DNA of 63,916 bases, counting the filler, from Octopus bimaculoides (Eukaryota): NCBI RefSeq assembly GCF_001194135.2. It is 6 parts of 5 records of this genome, joined end to end, with 100 filler letters (N's around TTAATTAATTAA, not from the genome) between each part and the next. Parts side by side here need not be neighbours in the genome. Positions count along the whole stretch, not along the records: positions 35,268 to 46,930 come from NC_068985.1; positions 47,031 to 54,553 come from NC_069000.1; 4 more parts are not named here. The stretch is one strand, 5' to 3'. Both the position numbers and the translations under genes were made by a program. Shown in pieces: positions 36,923-51,290 of the stretch. Below the pieces are notes generated by a model that ran no database searches, was not told where the DNA came from, and was given only the letters and a program-made list of their open reading frames with translations. Within the stretch, counting starts at the first letter, position 1. Each line of letters opens with the position of its first letter.

Positions 36923-37789
36923 TGTTGTTGCTGTTATTAAAGTGGTTATATTTATGTTCGTAGTTGGCTTTGTAACAATGAAAGTGATGACAGTCCAATT
37001 CTTCAAGCTATTATGGTTGTGATTATAGTCGTGGAAATGGCCACTCGTGTAGTTATTGTGATGTTTATTGTTAATTTAGTCATTATATTTCTTTAGCAAA
37101 GAAGTAAAGCAGTGTCGTGGGAATACAGTAGAACAGAAGATTTGGACAATGATTGGAAGGGGTGTGTAAATGCAGCATTGTAAACAACATGCTATCGGCA
37201 AGATTGGTCCTCTGTTATTTCTTCGACACAAAGTACAAAGACATGTTACTTGTGTTTGATCCCTTACACTGATTGACACATGGAAGTCCATTCGATGGGT
37301 CTCAATGTAAGATGCATACTGCGGCAACAAAGCAACATTTAGACCCTTTATGGGCCACAAGAAGCCGTGCTATTCAATTACAATCAGATGTGTCCGATTT
37401 TTCATCAGCAATTTTCTGAAGAGCTTGTGATAAGCAACGGACTGGAAACGGTGGACTTTAATGCTTAACTCGACATCTTCCGTGACTTGATCGAAATTGC
37501 AGTGTGCTTCGAATAACTAATTTCAGCAGATGTCATGCACGTTTTGAGCTATTATACAAGGAAAAAAATCGTCAGCACTCGGTGGTCTGTCCTACGATAT
37601 TTATTACTACATGCCAGATTTGTTGTCTACTGTGTTAGTAGCAGATTAAGAGCATTCAGAGATGTGTAAGCCGGAACCAAGCAAAGCGTACGCAATAGCT
37701 TCAGATGTGGGCCACATAACGAACTAACAATTCTCCCCGTTTCTTTTCACCTTTGATTAGAGAATTTTGTTTACAGTATCAGCAATATA

Positions 37790-38172
37790 GTGGAGGCGCA
37801 ATGGCCCAGTGGTTAGGGCAGCGGACTCGCGGTCATAGGATCGCGGTTTCGATTCCCAGACCGGGCGTTGTGAGTGTTTAATGAGCGAAAACACCTAAAG
37901 CTCCACGAGGCTCCGGCAGGGGATGGTGGTGAACCCTGCTGTACTCTTTCACCACAACTTTCTCTCACTCTTATTTCCCGTTTCTGTTGTGCCTGTAATT
38001 CAAAGGGTCAGCCTTGTCACACTGTGCCACGCTGAATATCCCCGAGAACTACGTTAAGAGTACACGTGTCTGTGGAATGCTCAGCCACTTGCACGTTAAT
38101 TTCACGAGCAGGCAGTTCCGTTGATCGGATCAACTGGAACCCTTGACGTCGTAAACGACGGAGTGCCAACAA
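37790..38172 (+). mobile_element. tRNA-derived SINE family A, full length
   Basis: ggcgcaatggcccagtggttagg (A-box), ggtttcgattccc (B-box), body, (AAC)n tail. Confidence 0.9.
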
Positions 38173-38994
38173 CAACAACACCAACAAATATAAATGGTTT
38201 AAATAAAAAGTTCAGTGTTGTATTCTTCCCAATATTTCATTTACTTCTCACTTTGTTGCGGTCGTCTGCCAAATATCTTCTCTGCTCTGCAATGCTACAA
38301 ACGAACTATAACACTGTTATACACACACATATGCTCATATATGCGTACTTACGCACACACACACGTGCGCCCACGCACTCACACATGCACACACACACAC
38401 ACACACACACATGTACACATGAATGTTTAAGCACATACATATGTCTATTTATACGCGCACGCAAAGACACATACACACACGCACACACACTCACACACAC
38501 ACACCACACACATCCATACAAATATTTCGTTTAAAATATAAATTGTATTCATGCTTTTGATACAAACAACAAAGTTCTCAAAGTAAAATGAATTACAATA
38601 TGAAATAATTTTTAGAGCGTAACATTTAAGAAATCTAAACAAAACCAATGACCCGGAAAATTAGATTTCAAATCTCTTATACACGATTATCATCAGTAGC
38701 TGAATGAATAAACTTCATTCCACGAAAAATCGATGTCCAAAAACATTTGAAAGTTCTGAGTTCTGAGTAGGAACGTAGCGGTTTACAATATTCTATTTTA
38801 ATATTAATGATTTCCAAAATATCACTTAATTCGCTCAGCATTGCTTCAAAGGAGACCGCTTAACAGTGTACCTGTCTCCAGAATTGGACTTGGCTTGAGT
38901 AAAGGATTAATAGCCTCTTTGTATAAAAAATACTGATATGATACCGGAACCGTCCCATGAGATACTGATATGCATTACAGAATGGAAATACTGA

Positions 38995-39030
<36 letters not shown>

Positions 39031-39769
39031 GTCTGTCTGTCTGTCTGTCTGTCTGTCGGTTTGTCTGTCTGTTTGTCTAAACAGTTATATATATATATAN
39101 NNNNNNNNNNNNNNNNNNNNNNNNNNNNNNNNNNNNNNNNNNNNNNNNNNNNNNNNNNNNNNNNNNNNNNNNNNNNNNNNNNNNNNNNNNNNNNNNNNNN
39201 NNNNNNNNNNNNNNNNNNNNNNNNNNNNNNNNNNNNNNNNNNNNNNNNNNNNNNNNNNNNNNNNNNNNNNNNNNNNNNNNNNNNNNNNNNNNNNNNNNNN
39301 NNNNNNNNNNNNNNNNNNNNNNNNNNNNNNNNNNNNNNNNNNNNNNNNNNNNNNNNNNNNNNNNNNNNNNNNNNNNNNNNNNNNNNNNNNNNNNNNNNNN
39401 NNNNNNNNNNNNNNNNNNNNNNNNNNNNNNNNNNNNNNNNNNNNNNNNNNNNNNNNNNNNNNNNNNNNNNNNNNNNNNNNNNNNNNNNNNNNNNNNNNNN
39501 NNNNNNNNNNNNNNNNNNNNNNNNNNNNNNNNNNNNNNNNNNNNNNNNNNNNNNNNNNNNNNNNNNNNNNNNNNNNNNNNNNNNNNNNNNNNNNNNNNNN
39601 NNNNNNNNNNNNNNNNNNNNNNNNNNNNNNNNNNNNNNNNNNNNNNNNNNNNNNNNNNNNNNNNNNNNNNNNNNNNNNNNNNNNNNNNNNNNNNNNNNNN
39701 NNNNNNNNNNNNNNNNNNNNNNNNNNNNNNNNNNNNNNNNNNNNNNNATATATATATATATATATATAT

Positions 39770-40040
39770 AGGACCCCCTTCCGTCATGAATGACCATTGG
39801 ATTGCACCTAGAAGGTTACCCTCCGAGGTACATGTCTAGGAAGGGTTATTTCATGGAAAGGCAAGGCCAATACAACTTGGCACCAGTAACGTTGCAACTC
39901 ATTTCTACAGCTGAGTGAACTGGGGCAACGTGAAATGAAGTGTCTTGCTCAAGAATACAACACATTGACCTGTCTGGAAACCGAACTTACAACCTCATGA
40001 TTGTGAACCCGACGCGCTAACCACTGAGCCATGCGCCTTC
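39770..40040 (-). mobile_element. tRNA/CORE SINE family D
   Basis: Matches 43690-44010; the minus strand begins gaaggcgcatggctcagtggttagcg. Confidence 0.85.
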
Positions 40041-40104
40041 ATATATATGTTTATCTGTGTGTATGTGTGTGTGCGCGTGTGTTTCACTTCAACATTAAAA
40101 TTTC

Positions 40105-40225
40105 ACCCACCGAAGTCGACTTTTCTGGGTCGATAAATTAAGTACCAGTTGCGTACTGGGGTCCATCTAATTGACTGTCCCTTTCCCCCAGAATTTCGGG
40201 CCTTATCTCTGGAGTAGAAAAGAAC
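40105..40225 (+). mobile_element. SINE family C 3' half
   Basis: ccgaagtcgacttt…gtcgataaattaagtaccagttgcgtactgggg…cgggcctt. Confidence 0.8.
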
Positions 40226-41362
40226 AGTAGAATTTCATTTGTGTCAAAATATTTTCGCCGCTTTGAAACCGTGACCTGTTCACTGACAAAATTTCACAAA
40301 AGTGATGCAACACGAAGTTTTGTCAGTGAGCACGCACACACATTCATTGCCTTTCATTTGTGTGTATGTATATCTATGTGCGTGTGCGAGTGTGTGCGTG
40401 TGTGTGTGTGTGTGACTGTTAAAATCATTCGTGCAACTTGTTTGTGTATATATTGGCTTAGTGGTATAGAATGTTTGGAAACTGTGAGTAATGTTTGGAA
40501 ACTGTGAGTTTCGAGTACTTGTCGGTAACTTTTTTCTTCTAATAGTAATTACCCAACTTTCTAGGCTCTTCTCACGGCTATCTTGCGTTCATAAATTATA
40601 TGGGTATTTAAAACATTTTCATTCAATAAATAATGTTTCTACATTACGTATACATTAATAGAATAAACTATCGGTTTTCCAAATAGCGATGTAATGAATA
40701 TTTAAATCTGTGAAGAATTATACGCAGTGAATGCAATTAATATTTAAGTTTGAGAGAAATTGGAGTTAAAAAATTCAATAAACTTGAGAAAACGAAATTA
40801 TAGGAAATTTCTTAGAACATGAATTTATAAAAATATTTCCAGACGGTCAACCCTTTAATAATTGTTTTCTTTTAGTAATTTTAGTAATTGTTACCTACCT
40901 AATTAATAAGTAGCTTTCCTGCATTATAGTATATATTTGAAAGAATGAGAAGAGATGGCTTTTTTGAGGGAAACATTTTTATTTTAATCTTAATAATAAT
41001 GTTTACAGTGAATTACTCTGATATGAGTTTTAAGCTTCGTATCAGAGTAACTCACTGCAAACATTATTAAGATTAAAATAAAAATTATCCACTCAAAAAG
41101 CCGTCTCTACTCAGTCTCTCAAATATGTGTGTGTGTATGTATGTATGTATGTATGTATGTATGCAAACAGAAAGAAAGGAAAGACTGAAGATTTTCAGAC
41201 GATGAATATTTAAGTATAAATATATAGATATTTATATATTGATAGATCAAACTTACACAGAGTACAAATGACAGAGAAAATTAAAGGGGAGGAGGTAAGG
41301 GGTTATAAGTCCAACAGCTGTTTCTGATGGCTTGGAGATCCGTCATAATGTGGATAGATGTA

Positions 41363-41521
41363 CATTATTTACATTATTTACATTTGACGGATATTTGTTC
41401 TCATCTGGAGGGTATATCAGCCGAAACGTTGTGTTAACAACAAACAAGATGAGGACAAATATCCGTCAAATGTAAATAATGTAAATAATGTAAATAATTC
41501 CTCATCTCTTAAATATAGAAC
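41363..41521 (+). mobile_element. 5'-truncated SINE E/PLE-type tail with an inverted 5' segment and a 14-bp TSD
   Basis: TSD tgtggatagatgta at 41349-41362 and 41522-41535; inverted tail to 41406 joined by CT microhomology to the direct tail 41405-41521. Confidence 0.88.
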
Positions 41522-41912
41522 TGTGGATAGATGTAGTTCACCAAAATATGCAACCAGTAATGGAATCAAATAAACATTGGATAAATCGGACCTCAACCAC
41601 TTTACATTTCAGATCATGATGCAGAGAAGCTTATAGGTAGAATGTTTAAATATGGAAAATAAGCAGTATTGGAGAGAGGAAGTAGGAGGCTTGGGGAATG
41701 TTGAGGCAGCAAAGGATATATGGAGTAGACTAAAAGGTATTAACCGATACTGTGAATACTAAGAACGCTCGTCTTTAAAGAGCTAAATATCCTAATCCGT
41801 TGGAACAATACAATATACTGCACTATGTGGGTTGTATCTATATATTACAAGTTGTGGAAACCATCTTTTGTTGACATACAATATATGTGTGTGCTGAGTG
41901 TGTACGTGCGTT

Positions 41913-41951
<39 letters not shown>

Positions 41952-43281
41952 GTGCGTGCAACAGAGGGCGCTTGATAAACAACATAAAAATATTTGAAAG
42001 TATATAGCGTCTGTAGAGTAATGCTTTTGTATAATCAGGCAGCACGATTACAAATACCTAGTGGACTACCAGGGGCCTTGCGATGAGCACTAATTCAAAT
42101 TCTGTCTGCACTTGTTCAGAAGTATTTTGAAAAAATGTATACTTAACACACACACACTCACTTATTGTATTAAGACAAATAGATCTCTTACATAGAAGGC
42201 GTGAGTTATTCCGCTCTGTCTGTTTCAATTTTGAGATGGTACAAGAAACATTCCGTTACAAATCAAAGAACAAATATGTTATGTGAAATTAAGGGAGACT
42301 GAAGCATCATTAATGAAGGGAGAATATATACGCGGTAGGTAAAAGGAGGACAAGTGCTGGGAAGAAAACAGACTAGAGAAATGAGAGAATGAGAAAAAAT
42401 GAAAGAGAGCATAAAGTGACGCGAAATCAGCGAATTTAGTTGTCGTCTCTTTCTTTACAAGTCTGGTTATTAAGTCGTTGGTTAAATTTCCCTTCAGACA
42501 TGCCTATGTACCGTTTGCGTGGCACTTCTAAGGTGGGCTTTACAGAAGTGGCCTCTGCTTCATAAACTATGGTTTCTCTATTGCATGATTTATCTAGTGG
42601 ACATGTGTTTACATTCCTGAATTACCAAGTGGCTTCACTTTTATTGGTAGCTGTGTGTGTTATTTTGTTTTTATATTCGTTGTGCCATTGTCTTTTATTT
42701 TCAGGATGTGTAAAAAAGAATTTTTTATATCTATGAGTAGTAGATAAATGCTTGCATATTAAAGTTAGATAATTTTTTGCTATATTTGATACAACATTGA
42801 ATGAAAAGGGTGTGTGAGCAATATAATATTACAGCGACGTTTTTAGTTCGCAGAGCGTGGAATAATGCGATTAGATCATTTTATTTTTAAATCCACCAGG
42901 CAGTGAAGGAATATTGTAGCAGGGGGCTGTTTTAATACACGCATGCACACACACACATATACCCACGCGAGCGCCCATATACATTCATACATACATGCAT
43001 GCATACCTACACACATACATACATACACACATACATACACAACACACACACTCACAGGCACACACACATATACATACATACATATATATATAGAGTGTGT
43101 GTGTATATATATATTTACTTATAATATATATGCATGTATATATATGTATATATGCATTTTTGTATACATGTATGTCTTGTATGCATGTATGTATATGTAT
43201 GTATGTGTTTGTAAGTAAGTATATATATGCATACATATAGATATACATGCACACTTACTCTCACACACACATTCGGACGCT

Positions 43282-43325
<44 letters not shown>

Positions 43326-43689
43326 TACACCCTGTATAACTATATACAGGAAGGGTGTTCCAAATGTTTTGCGTCTGACTATGTTTGACATTGAGCCAAA
43401 ATTATTGCCTTATTATCATTATTATAATTATATATTATTTAAATATATTGTTTTCATAGATTTTGAACAGTTTTATTGCTCTGAATACCTTCTTGTGATT
43501 TACATTTCCGGAAATGAAGGACAGCAGGCTACGATATTCCGATGAAAATCTCAAGCTCAGACATGGAAACTAGGACCCATCCAAGCAGTGTTTAATAAGT
43601 GGAGAATACAACACTGCGAAACGACTCGAAAAAACAACCCATGTTTAGGAAATATAATTTCAGAAATACTTTTGTACATAAAGTGCAGA

Positions 43690-44010
43690 CACCCCTTCGG
43701 TCATGAATGACCATGAGATTGCACCTAGAAAGTTCCCCTTTGGAACACAATTCAGGTCAAGGTTGTTTATGGAAGACCAACAGTCACCCATGCATACTAG
43801 CCTCCCCTCTCCATGCCACCGATGTTATCCAAGGGAAAGCCGATACAGCTTGGTACCAGTGACGTCGCCATTTCAACAGCTGATTGAACTGGCGCAACAT
43901 GAAATAAAGTGTCTTGCTCAAGAATGCAACACATAGCCCGGTCTGGAAATCGAACTCACAACCTCATGATTATGAACCCGACGCTCTAACAACTGATCCA
44001 TGTGCCTTCA
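43690..44010 (-). mobile_element. tRNA/CORE SINE family D
   Basis: cacccttcggtcatgaatgaccat…aaagtgtcttgctcaagaa…aatcgaactcacaacc…gtgccttca. Confidence 0.85.
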
Positions 44011-45929
44011 GATACATACAAATATATATGTATAAGTATATATTTATACTGGTACATGAATATGTTTATGCATATATATATTACATATATACATACATAC
44101 ACACGCATATTTCGATATGTAATTATAAGACCAAAGGAACTAAGTGTAGGAAGTTTGTAAGCTTCGAGCAGTCTGTGATAGGTATAAAAAAACAACGCTC
44201 AGGAACAATAATAGGCATCGAAGATTGTAGGCTTTTCCAATATCAAAGTTACGGTTAGTAACTTTAGTTGCTATGAATGCGAATAAAAATCGAAATTGAG
44301 GGAGTGGAGCAGGTAAAATCCAGGTTACATATGTTTCTACCTAGCAGATCCTCTGATGTAATAAGTACTCAACGAGGGGTGCTCAGCTAGCTACTCTTCA
44401 GGTCGAAGATGCCTTAATTATATGAAGGTTACATTGTTATTAAGGAATCCCAAGTTATACATCCCACCTCATCCACCCCACACATTCCAGTCCCACCCAC
44501 TCTCAAATACCTCACCCATACCCCCACATCCTCACTCGAAACACACACCGCACCCTCACATCCCCACACCCCGATCTCGCATCCCCACACCTCAACACCG
44601 CCACACCACACCACCACCATACCACACACCACCACACCACCACATACTATCACTAACCACTTCCCAACACCCACACCATCATCCACACACCCACACATTA
44701 CAGACGCGCGCACACATGCACACATCCACACGTCAANNNNNNNNNNNNNNNNNNNNNNNNNNNNNNNNNNNNNNNNNNNNNNNNNNNNNNNNNNNNNNNN
44801 NNNNNNNNNNNNNNNNNNNNNNNNNNNNNNNNNNNNNNNNNNNNNNNNNNNNNNNNNNNNNNNNNNNNNNNNNNNNNNNNNNNNNNNNNNNNNNNNNNNN
44901 NNNNNNNNNNNNNNNNNNNNNNNNNNNNNNNNNNNNNNNNNNNNNNNNNNNNNNNNNNNNNNNNNNNNNNNNNNNNNNNNNNNNNNNNNNNNNNNNNNNN
45001 NNNNNNNNNNNNNNNNNNNNNNNNNNNNNNNNNNNNNNNNNNNNNNNNNNNNNNNNNNNNNNNNNNNNNNNNNNNNNNNNNNNNNNTATATATATAGGAC
45101 GTTCACATTGAATATAATTAGTTTGACACTCGAAGAAAAAGTTATAAAATGAAAGTTATAGAGTAAAAGCATGACGTTTCAAGCATAAGCCTTTTATCTG
45201 AAATGCAGAGATTAGTTCAGAGAAGAGAATGAAGGAGGGAAAAGATATTGTGGCAGAAGGTTAGGGACAAAAGTATGTGCGTAACCCACATATTCGATCA
45301 CCAACATATAAACTTACTGGACTTCATGGACTTACATAAAACACTCGGATAACACTGTAACCGTTTTTAAATCTTAAATTAATTTTTTTTTTTTTGCCTT
45401 TGATCAGTAAATGTTATTTTCTATTTGCTTCTATTTAAAAATCAAAGGAAATGATTATTATTCCCTTCAAACTTTACCTTTGTGACCTGGACATCAATAT
45501 TTTGAAACTGACCTATTTTTCATTACATTTCAGCGTTGAGTTGCTGAAGCAGAAATAACGTTATTGGAAATATAACGATATTTCAAATTTGCTTGTCAGT
45601 TGCTTGGCCTTAACCACTTGAGCATGTCACTCATGGACTGATAATAGGTGCAACTCTGATCATGAGCAGGAGTTTTTCGGGAGCATCATAACTATGTGTT
45701 GAGAGAGATTTTTGGTGGGGATGAATAAATGTAACAAAAGCAAAAGTTGAAGGAAATATTAGCCATTTTCCATACTTTCTAGAGGTAAGCAAATGGGAAA
45801 TAACAGTTGCTACTCAAGGACAAAAATCGTGTTACACAATGTAATCTATCAGTGTTTATATGAATACAAACAAGCGTATACTCCAGCATGCGACAGCGGA
45901 TCCACGTGACATGCCGTGTATATTGGTTT

Positions 45930-46127
45930 CAAATTTAGGCACAAGGCCAGCAGTTTCGGGGGCGGGGTTATGTCGATTACATCGACCCCAGTGCTGGTAC
46001 TTACTTTGTCGACCCGAATGGATGAAAGACAAAGTCGACTTCGGCAGAATTTAAACTCAGAACGTGCAGATAGATGAAATATCGCAAAAACATTTTGTCC
46101 GGCATGCTAACGATTCTGCCAGCTCAC
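45930..46127 (-). mobile_element. SINE family C
   Basis: Reverse complement of the 23230-23428 family. Confidence 0.82.
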
Positions 46128-46845
46128 AACCACCCTATAAGTAGCATGTATACCATTGTAAGCTAAATATACTGTCGATTTGTAAATCGATCAATTAGTA
46201 AATTGATAAGGGAGACTGTATGGAGGTTTATTTGACCTACTAGAACTAGCAGCCAAATTTCACCGCAAAGTGTGATTTAAGACACCATGCTGTCTTAAAA
46301 CAAAGAGAAGCATATTGAATAATGATGCACTGCAAGATATACCGTCTAAATATATGACAAAGTCGTTACAGCTGAAACGCCTTTCGTCATAGGTGTACTA
46401 GGTCAAGTTTGATATAGGGTTAAGCAACAACAACAACAGTAACAGCAACATCATCTTAACCCCTATAAGTGTAAATTTTCTTATTTTATCATGTAAATTC
46501 ATTTCCTCTTAGTTTCCGTGTTAATTTCTGCTCGTTTACCCGTGTTTTCAGTCCCCTGACTTAGTGGTCAACAGTGAGTGTTCAATTTGCCGAGATGGCA
46601 AGAGATGATATAATATAAATATATATGAATGGGATGAGAGGGATAACTTCCCTTGGCAAAACAAACAGGACACAGTAGTGTGTCGATAAGCCAGCTGGAG
46701 GAGATGTCCTCCTGGGGCTAAAGCAACAGTAACATCCACCCCTAGGGGTCAGCCACACTTAAGTGGCAATACACTTCACTTTATCGTGCAGTTACTGTTA
46801 ATACTTCATTTAGAGAATTAACATTGATTATTATTATTATTATCA

Positions 46846-46883
<38 letters not shown>

Positions 46884-49059
46884 TTTCTGGAGAAAGTAGA
46901 ATGGTAGATATTTTACATCATGATTCAACTNNNNNNNNNNNNNNNNNNNNNNNNNNNNNNNNNNNNNNNNNNNNTTAATTAATTAANNNNNNNNNNNNNN
47001 NNNNNNNNNNNNNNNNNNNNNNNNNNNNNNTTTAGGAATTATATTCGATCGATTTTCTTATACTTCTTTTTTCCTTAGTTTCTTAACGGAACAGAGGCAG
47101 GGAAATGAAAGCCTCCTAGTCATTTAAAATTAAAACTAATATTAGACAAAAGCTAACTTATTAAACAAGAAGAGACATTGGATAATTGCAGCCATAAAGT
47201 ATTAAGAATATTTCAAAATTATAACGAGAAACCATAATGATTTAAAGATTTTAAAATATATATGTATGCATGAATGTGTATGTGTATGAGTGCTTGTGTG
47301 CGTGTGTGAGTGTGTAATAGTATCAATATTATTAGCGGACTGTGTTACTAAAGAGAACTGGCTGCTATTTCTAGCAAGTTGACTCATTCTAGATCGCTGC
47401 ACTCACTTAGTTCAAGTCCCGTCGAGGGTCGATAAAAGAAAGTATCAATCCAGGGGCTGGATTGGCGGAACTCTTAGAACATCGGACGAAATATCTTGTG
47501 GTATCTGTCTCGACCTCTTCGCATCCTAACAGCCACGCCTATCATGACAACGGCGTCAAACTGTATCGGCATTAAAATTGTTTTGCCCTTGAACAAAGTC
47601 AGTGGTGGGGAGAGAGAAAATTCGCATTCTAGTCTTCCACATAAAAGGGCCCGCTCAGGTCTGCGTAAAGAGGTACAGATGACTGACAGATATCTTAAAA
47701 GCCTTTATTCTCATTTTATTTTCTCAAATTCTGCTAAGGTCTGTAATCCTATCACGTATTAAATCCACTCTTCCTCATTATACCTATCAAAACAAGGGTA
47801 CTTTGACAGAATCAGTAGGGCATCAGAGAAAATAGCTTAAAGCATTTTGTCGCATCATTCTACGCCCAAATCACCATAACCTTTTGTGCCTCTAAGATTG
47901 ATAGTCTAAGTATCAAGCAAGTAATGCAGTCGGTCAAATGAGGAATTCGAATGTGTATTTAAAGGCTCTCTCGTTGGGTCATAAACATTCGGTAATACTA
48001 TTGCTGTAGCTTTATTCACAATAAAATTACGAGATATACTAATATATTTTATTGTTCATAGCGGATTTTTTGGTTTTGTTTTGTCTTTGTCTTTTTTTTT
48101 GTCTTTTTTTTTTTTTTGCTACGTTTATTTTCAGTGATGTTTCAAAGCTTGTTTGTTCTCAATTTCCAGTTGATACATTATAATTATTTGGTGCATTATT
48201 CCTGATCAAATTCCATTCAAATTAATCCAGCTCAAATTCTATTCAAATTAGTCCGGGCCCAATGCTATCAGATGTCACATGAATATAATATTTATTTGTG
48301 AAGTTGTTTATTATTGAGTCCAATGGTGTTAGTATGAGATGTTTTTAGTCATCAAACAAAGAAGGAATAGTATTCATATATTTGAGTTTATTTTTATTTA
48401 CAATTTTACTTTTTGTTGGTGAACACTCGAGAATATAACCAATCCTCCCCAACCCTCTTTTTTTTGTTTCGTAATAACAAGCAGCGGCAAAGGGAGAAAA
48501 TCTCCATAGAGGCAACTGTACCAAGATGGAAATAGTTATTGAACGTCTTGAATTGGATAAGATGACTTGCAACGAAATACCTGATTCTTCAACGTGTGTT
48601 TCTGCTACCCTTACACGTATAGAGATTGCTCGTATATATAGCATGCCTGCATATTTGTATGTATGTATGCATGTATGTATGCATGCATGCATGCATCTAT
48701 ATATGTGTGTGTGTCTGTTACTTTTTCTAGTTATTTGAATTCTCTCCACAAAGCAGCTGGTTTCTAACAGAGAAACAAAGCTCCATCTTTGATATTTAAA
48801 TAACAACACTAATACATGTTACATGTTGAACTTCAGTAAAGTCTTGTGTATTTTACTGTTCTGCTTACAAATTTTTATATATAAAGTGCGTGTTAGCTTA
48901 TATCTTTCTTTGCTTGAATATTTTAACTTTTCCAGATTACTGCTTAAACATTTACTAACATAGCTAAGTGCACCAATAATTATTGATATAGATGTGAAAT
49001 TATAATCAGGATGGTCACTGTTAAATTTGCACTTTGTAGAAATTTTGATGAGAATGTTT

Positions 49060-49300
49060 TTGATGGGAATGTTTTAGCAATACTCCTTGTATTGGTACAT
49101 GTCTATATACTCAATAACAGAAATATTGTTCATATCTATCTTAAGGCTGTTTTTCCTATGAATGACATTGTCTAATGTTTTAGCAACATCATGTTGCAAT
49201 GAGAGGTAGTGTCTTGATGACATTTTGGTGCAATGTGTAATGTCTCCACAGAAGACTGACATCGACTTCCTTGGCAGCATTTTCGGGGTTTAAAGCTTCG
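49060..49300 (-). mobile_element. Fragment of an RLE-type (R4/Dong-like) non-LTR retrotransposon, zinc-knuckle region
   Basis: FCGDITHCTKMSSRHYLSLQHDVAKTL resembles the C..C…H..GC.K..R.Y..RHD.VAK motif upstream of restriction-like endonucleases. Confidence 0.55.
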
Positions 49301-49759
49301 GTGTCTGTTTAGTTCATTAGATATTTTCTAGCCATCTCCTGCATTAGGATTACAAAAGTATAACCTTCGTGAAGTAACGGCCCTGAGTCTAAAGGAGGCT
49401 ACAGTTCAACTTAATATTATCGTCCTCCTCAAGTCTACTAGCAACATACCCCTCAATAACCATGCAGAGTATTTGTTGAGGTATGTTAATCCTGCACTTC
49501 TAGGTCCATATAGAAGGTCAACAGGAAATGACTAGTTCTCCACCAATCCCTAGGATATTATTCTCTTCAGTTTGTGCACTTGCTTGTATTTATTTTTGTT
49601 GCATTATTTAGCTCTGTCTATTTATCTTTCTATCTGTGTGTATGCGCGGCATGACTTTATGCTACGCTTAGCAAATCTGAATGACATAGGCATGTGTGTG
49701 TGTGTATATATATTGAGAATATATTCTCAATATACAATATCTGTACACCACTTCAAACA

Positions 49760-49817
<58 letters not shown>

Positions 49818-50771
49818 NNNNNNNNNNNNNNNNNNNNNNNNNNNNNNNNNNNNNNNNNNNNNNNNNNNNNNNNNNNNNNNNNNNNNNNNNNNNNNNNNNN
49901 NNNNNNNNNNNNNNNNNNNNNNNNNNNNNNNNNNNNNNNNNNNNNNNNNNNNNNNNNNNNNNNNNNNNNNNNNNNNNNNNNNNNNNNNNNNNNNNNNNNN
50001 NNNNNNNNNNNNNNNNNNNNNNNNNNNNNNNNNNNNNNNNNNNNNNNNNNNNNNNNNNNNNNNNNNNNNNNNNNNNNNNNNNNNNNNNNNNNNNNNNNNN
50101 NNNNNNNNNNNNNNNNNNNNNNNNNNNNNNNNNNNNNNNNNNNNNNNNNNNNNNNNNNNNNNNNNNNNNNNNNNNNNNNNNNNNNNNNNNNNNNNNNNNN
50201 NNNNNNNNNNNNNNNNNNNNNNNNNNNNNNNNNNNNNNNNNNNNNNNNNNNNNNNNNNNNNNNNNNNNNNNNNNNNNNNNNNNNNNNNNNNNNNNNNNNN
50301 NNNNNNNNNNNNNNNNNNNNNNNNNNNNNNNNNNNNNNNNNNNNNNNNNNNNNNNNNNNNNNNNNNNNNNNNNNNNNNNNNNNNNNNNNNNNNNNNNNNN
50401 NNNNNNNNNNNNNNNNNNNNNNNNNNNNNNNNNNNNNNNNNNNNNNNNNNNNNNNNNNNNNNNNNNNNNNNNNNNNNNNNNNNNNNNNNNNNNNNNNNNN
50501 NNNNNNNNNNNNNNNNNNNNNNNNNNNNNNNNNNNNNNNNNNNNNNNNNNNNNNNNNNNNNNNNNNNNNNNNNNNNNNNNNNNNNNNNNNNNNNNNNNNN
50601 NNNNNNNNNNNNNNNNNNNNNNNNNNNNNNNNNNCTCACCGCCCCCACCCCCAGCTTTAAATCCAACCTAGTTACTACCATGAAACTCTGGAAAATGATC
50701 AATTTATTTCTTAAATAAGTTTACGATAAGAATTAATAAGTATTTTTGAAAAAAAAAGATAACAGTTATTA

Positions 50772-51136
50772 TCTTATACTCTTTTACTCTTTTATTTGTT
50801 TCAGTCATTTGACTGCGGCCATGCTGGAGTACCGCCTTTAGTCGAGAAAATCGACCCCAGGACTTATTTGTGTATTCTATCGGTCTCTTTTTACTGAACC
50901 GCTAAGTTACGGGGACGTAAACACACCAGCATCAGTTGTCAAGCGATGGTGAGGGGACAAACACAGACACACATACACACATACATATATACGACGGTCT
51001 TCTTTCAGTTTCCGTCTACCAATTCTACTATAGCCCGAGGCTATAGTAGAAGACACTTGCCCAAGGTGCCACGCAGTGGAACTGAACCCAGAACCATGTG
51101 GTTGGTAAGCAAGCTACTTACCAGACAGCCACTCCA
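50772..51136 (-). mobile_element. SINE family B, near full length
   Basis: Reverse complement of the 10705 family. Confidence 0.9.
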
Positions 51137-51253
51137 TTTATTTTATTTATTTTCACCTGCTATCTATTTATCGGAGTACCGAATTAATTACTACATTTAT
51201 TATATCCGGCTAAGAATGAATTTTGAGAAATTTTTTTTGAGTGTAACAAATTC

Positions 51254-51290
<37 letters not shown>

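Noticed and set aside
37076-37700. Cys-rich minus-strand ORF and coding-like region
   Set aside because: Stops in all frames and no motif I can assign; possibly an old transposon but unsupported.
37790-37870. tRNA-like sequences (also 6249, 10705, 36069, 40040)
   Set aside because: They are SINE heads with A/B boxes but no intact cloverleaf, and they continue into SINE bodies.
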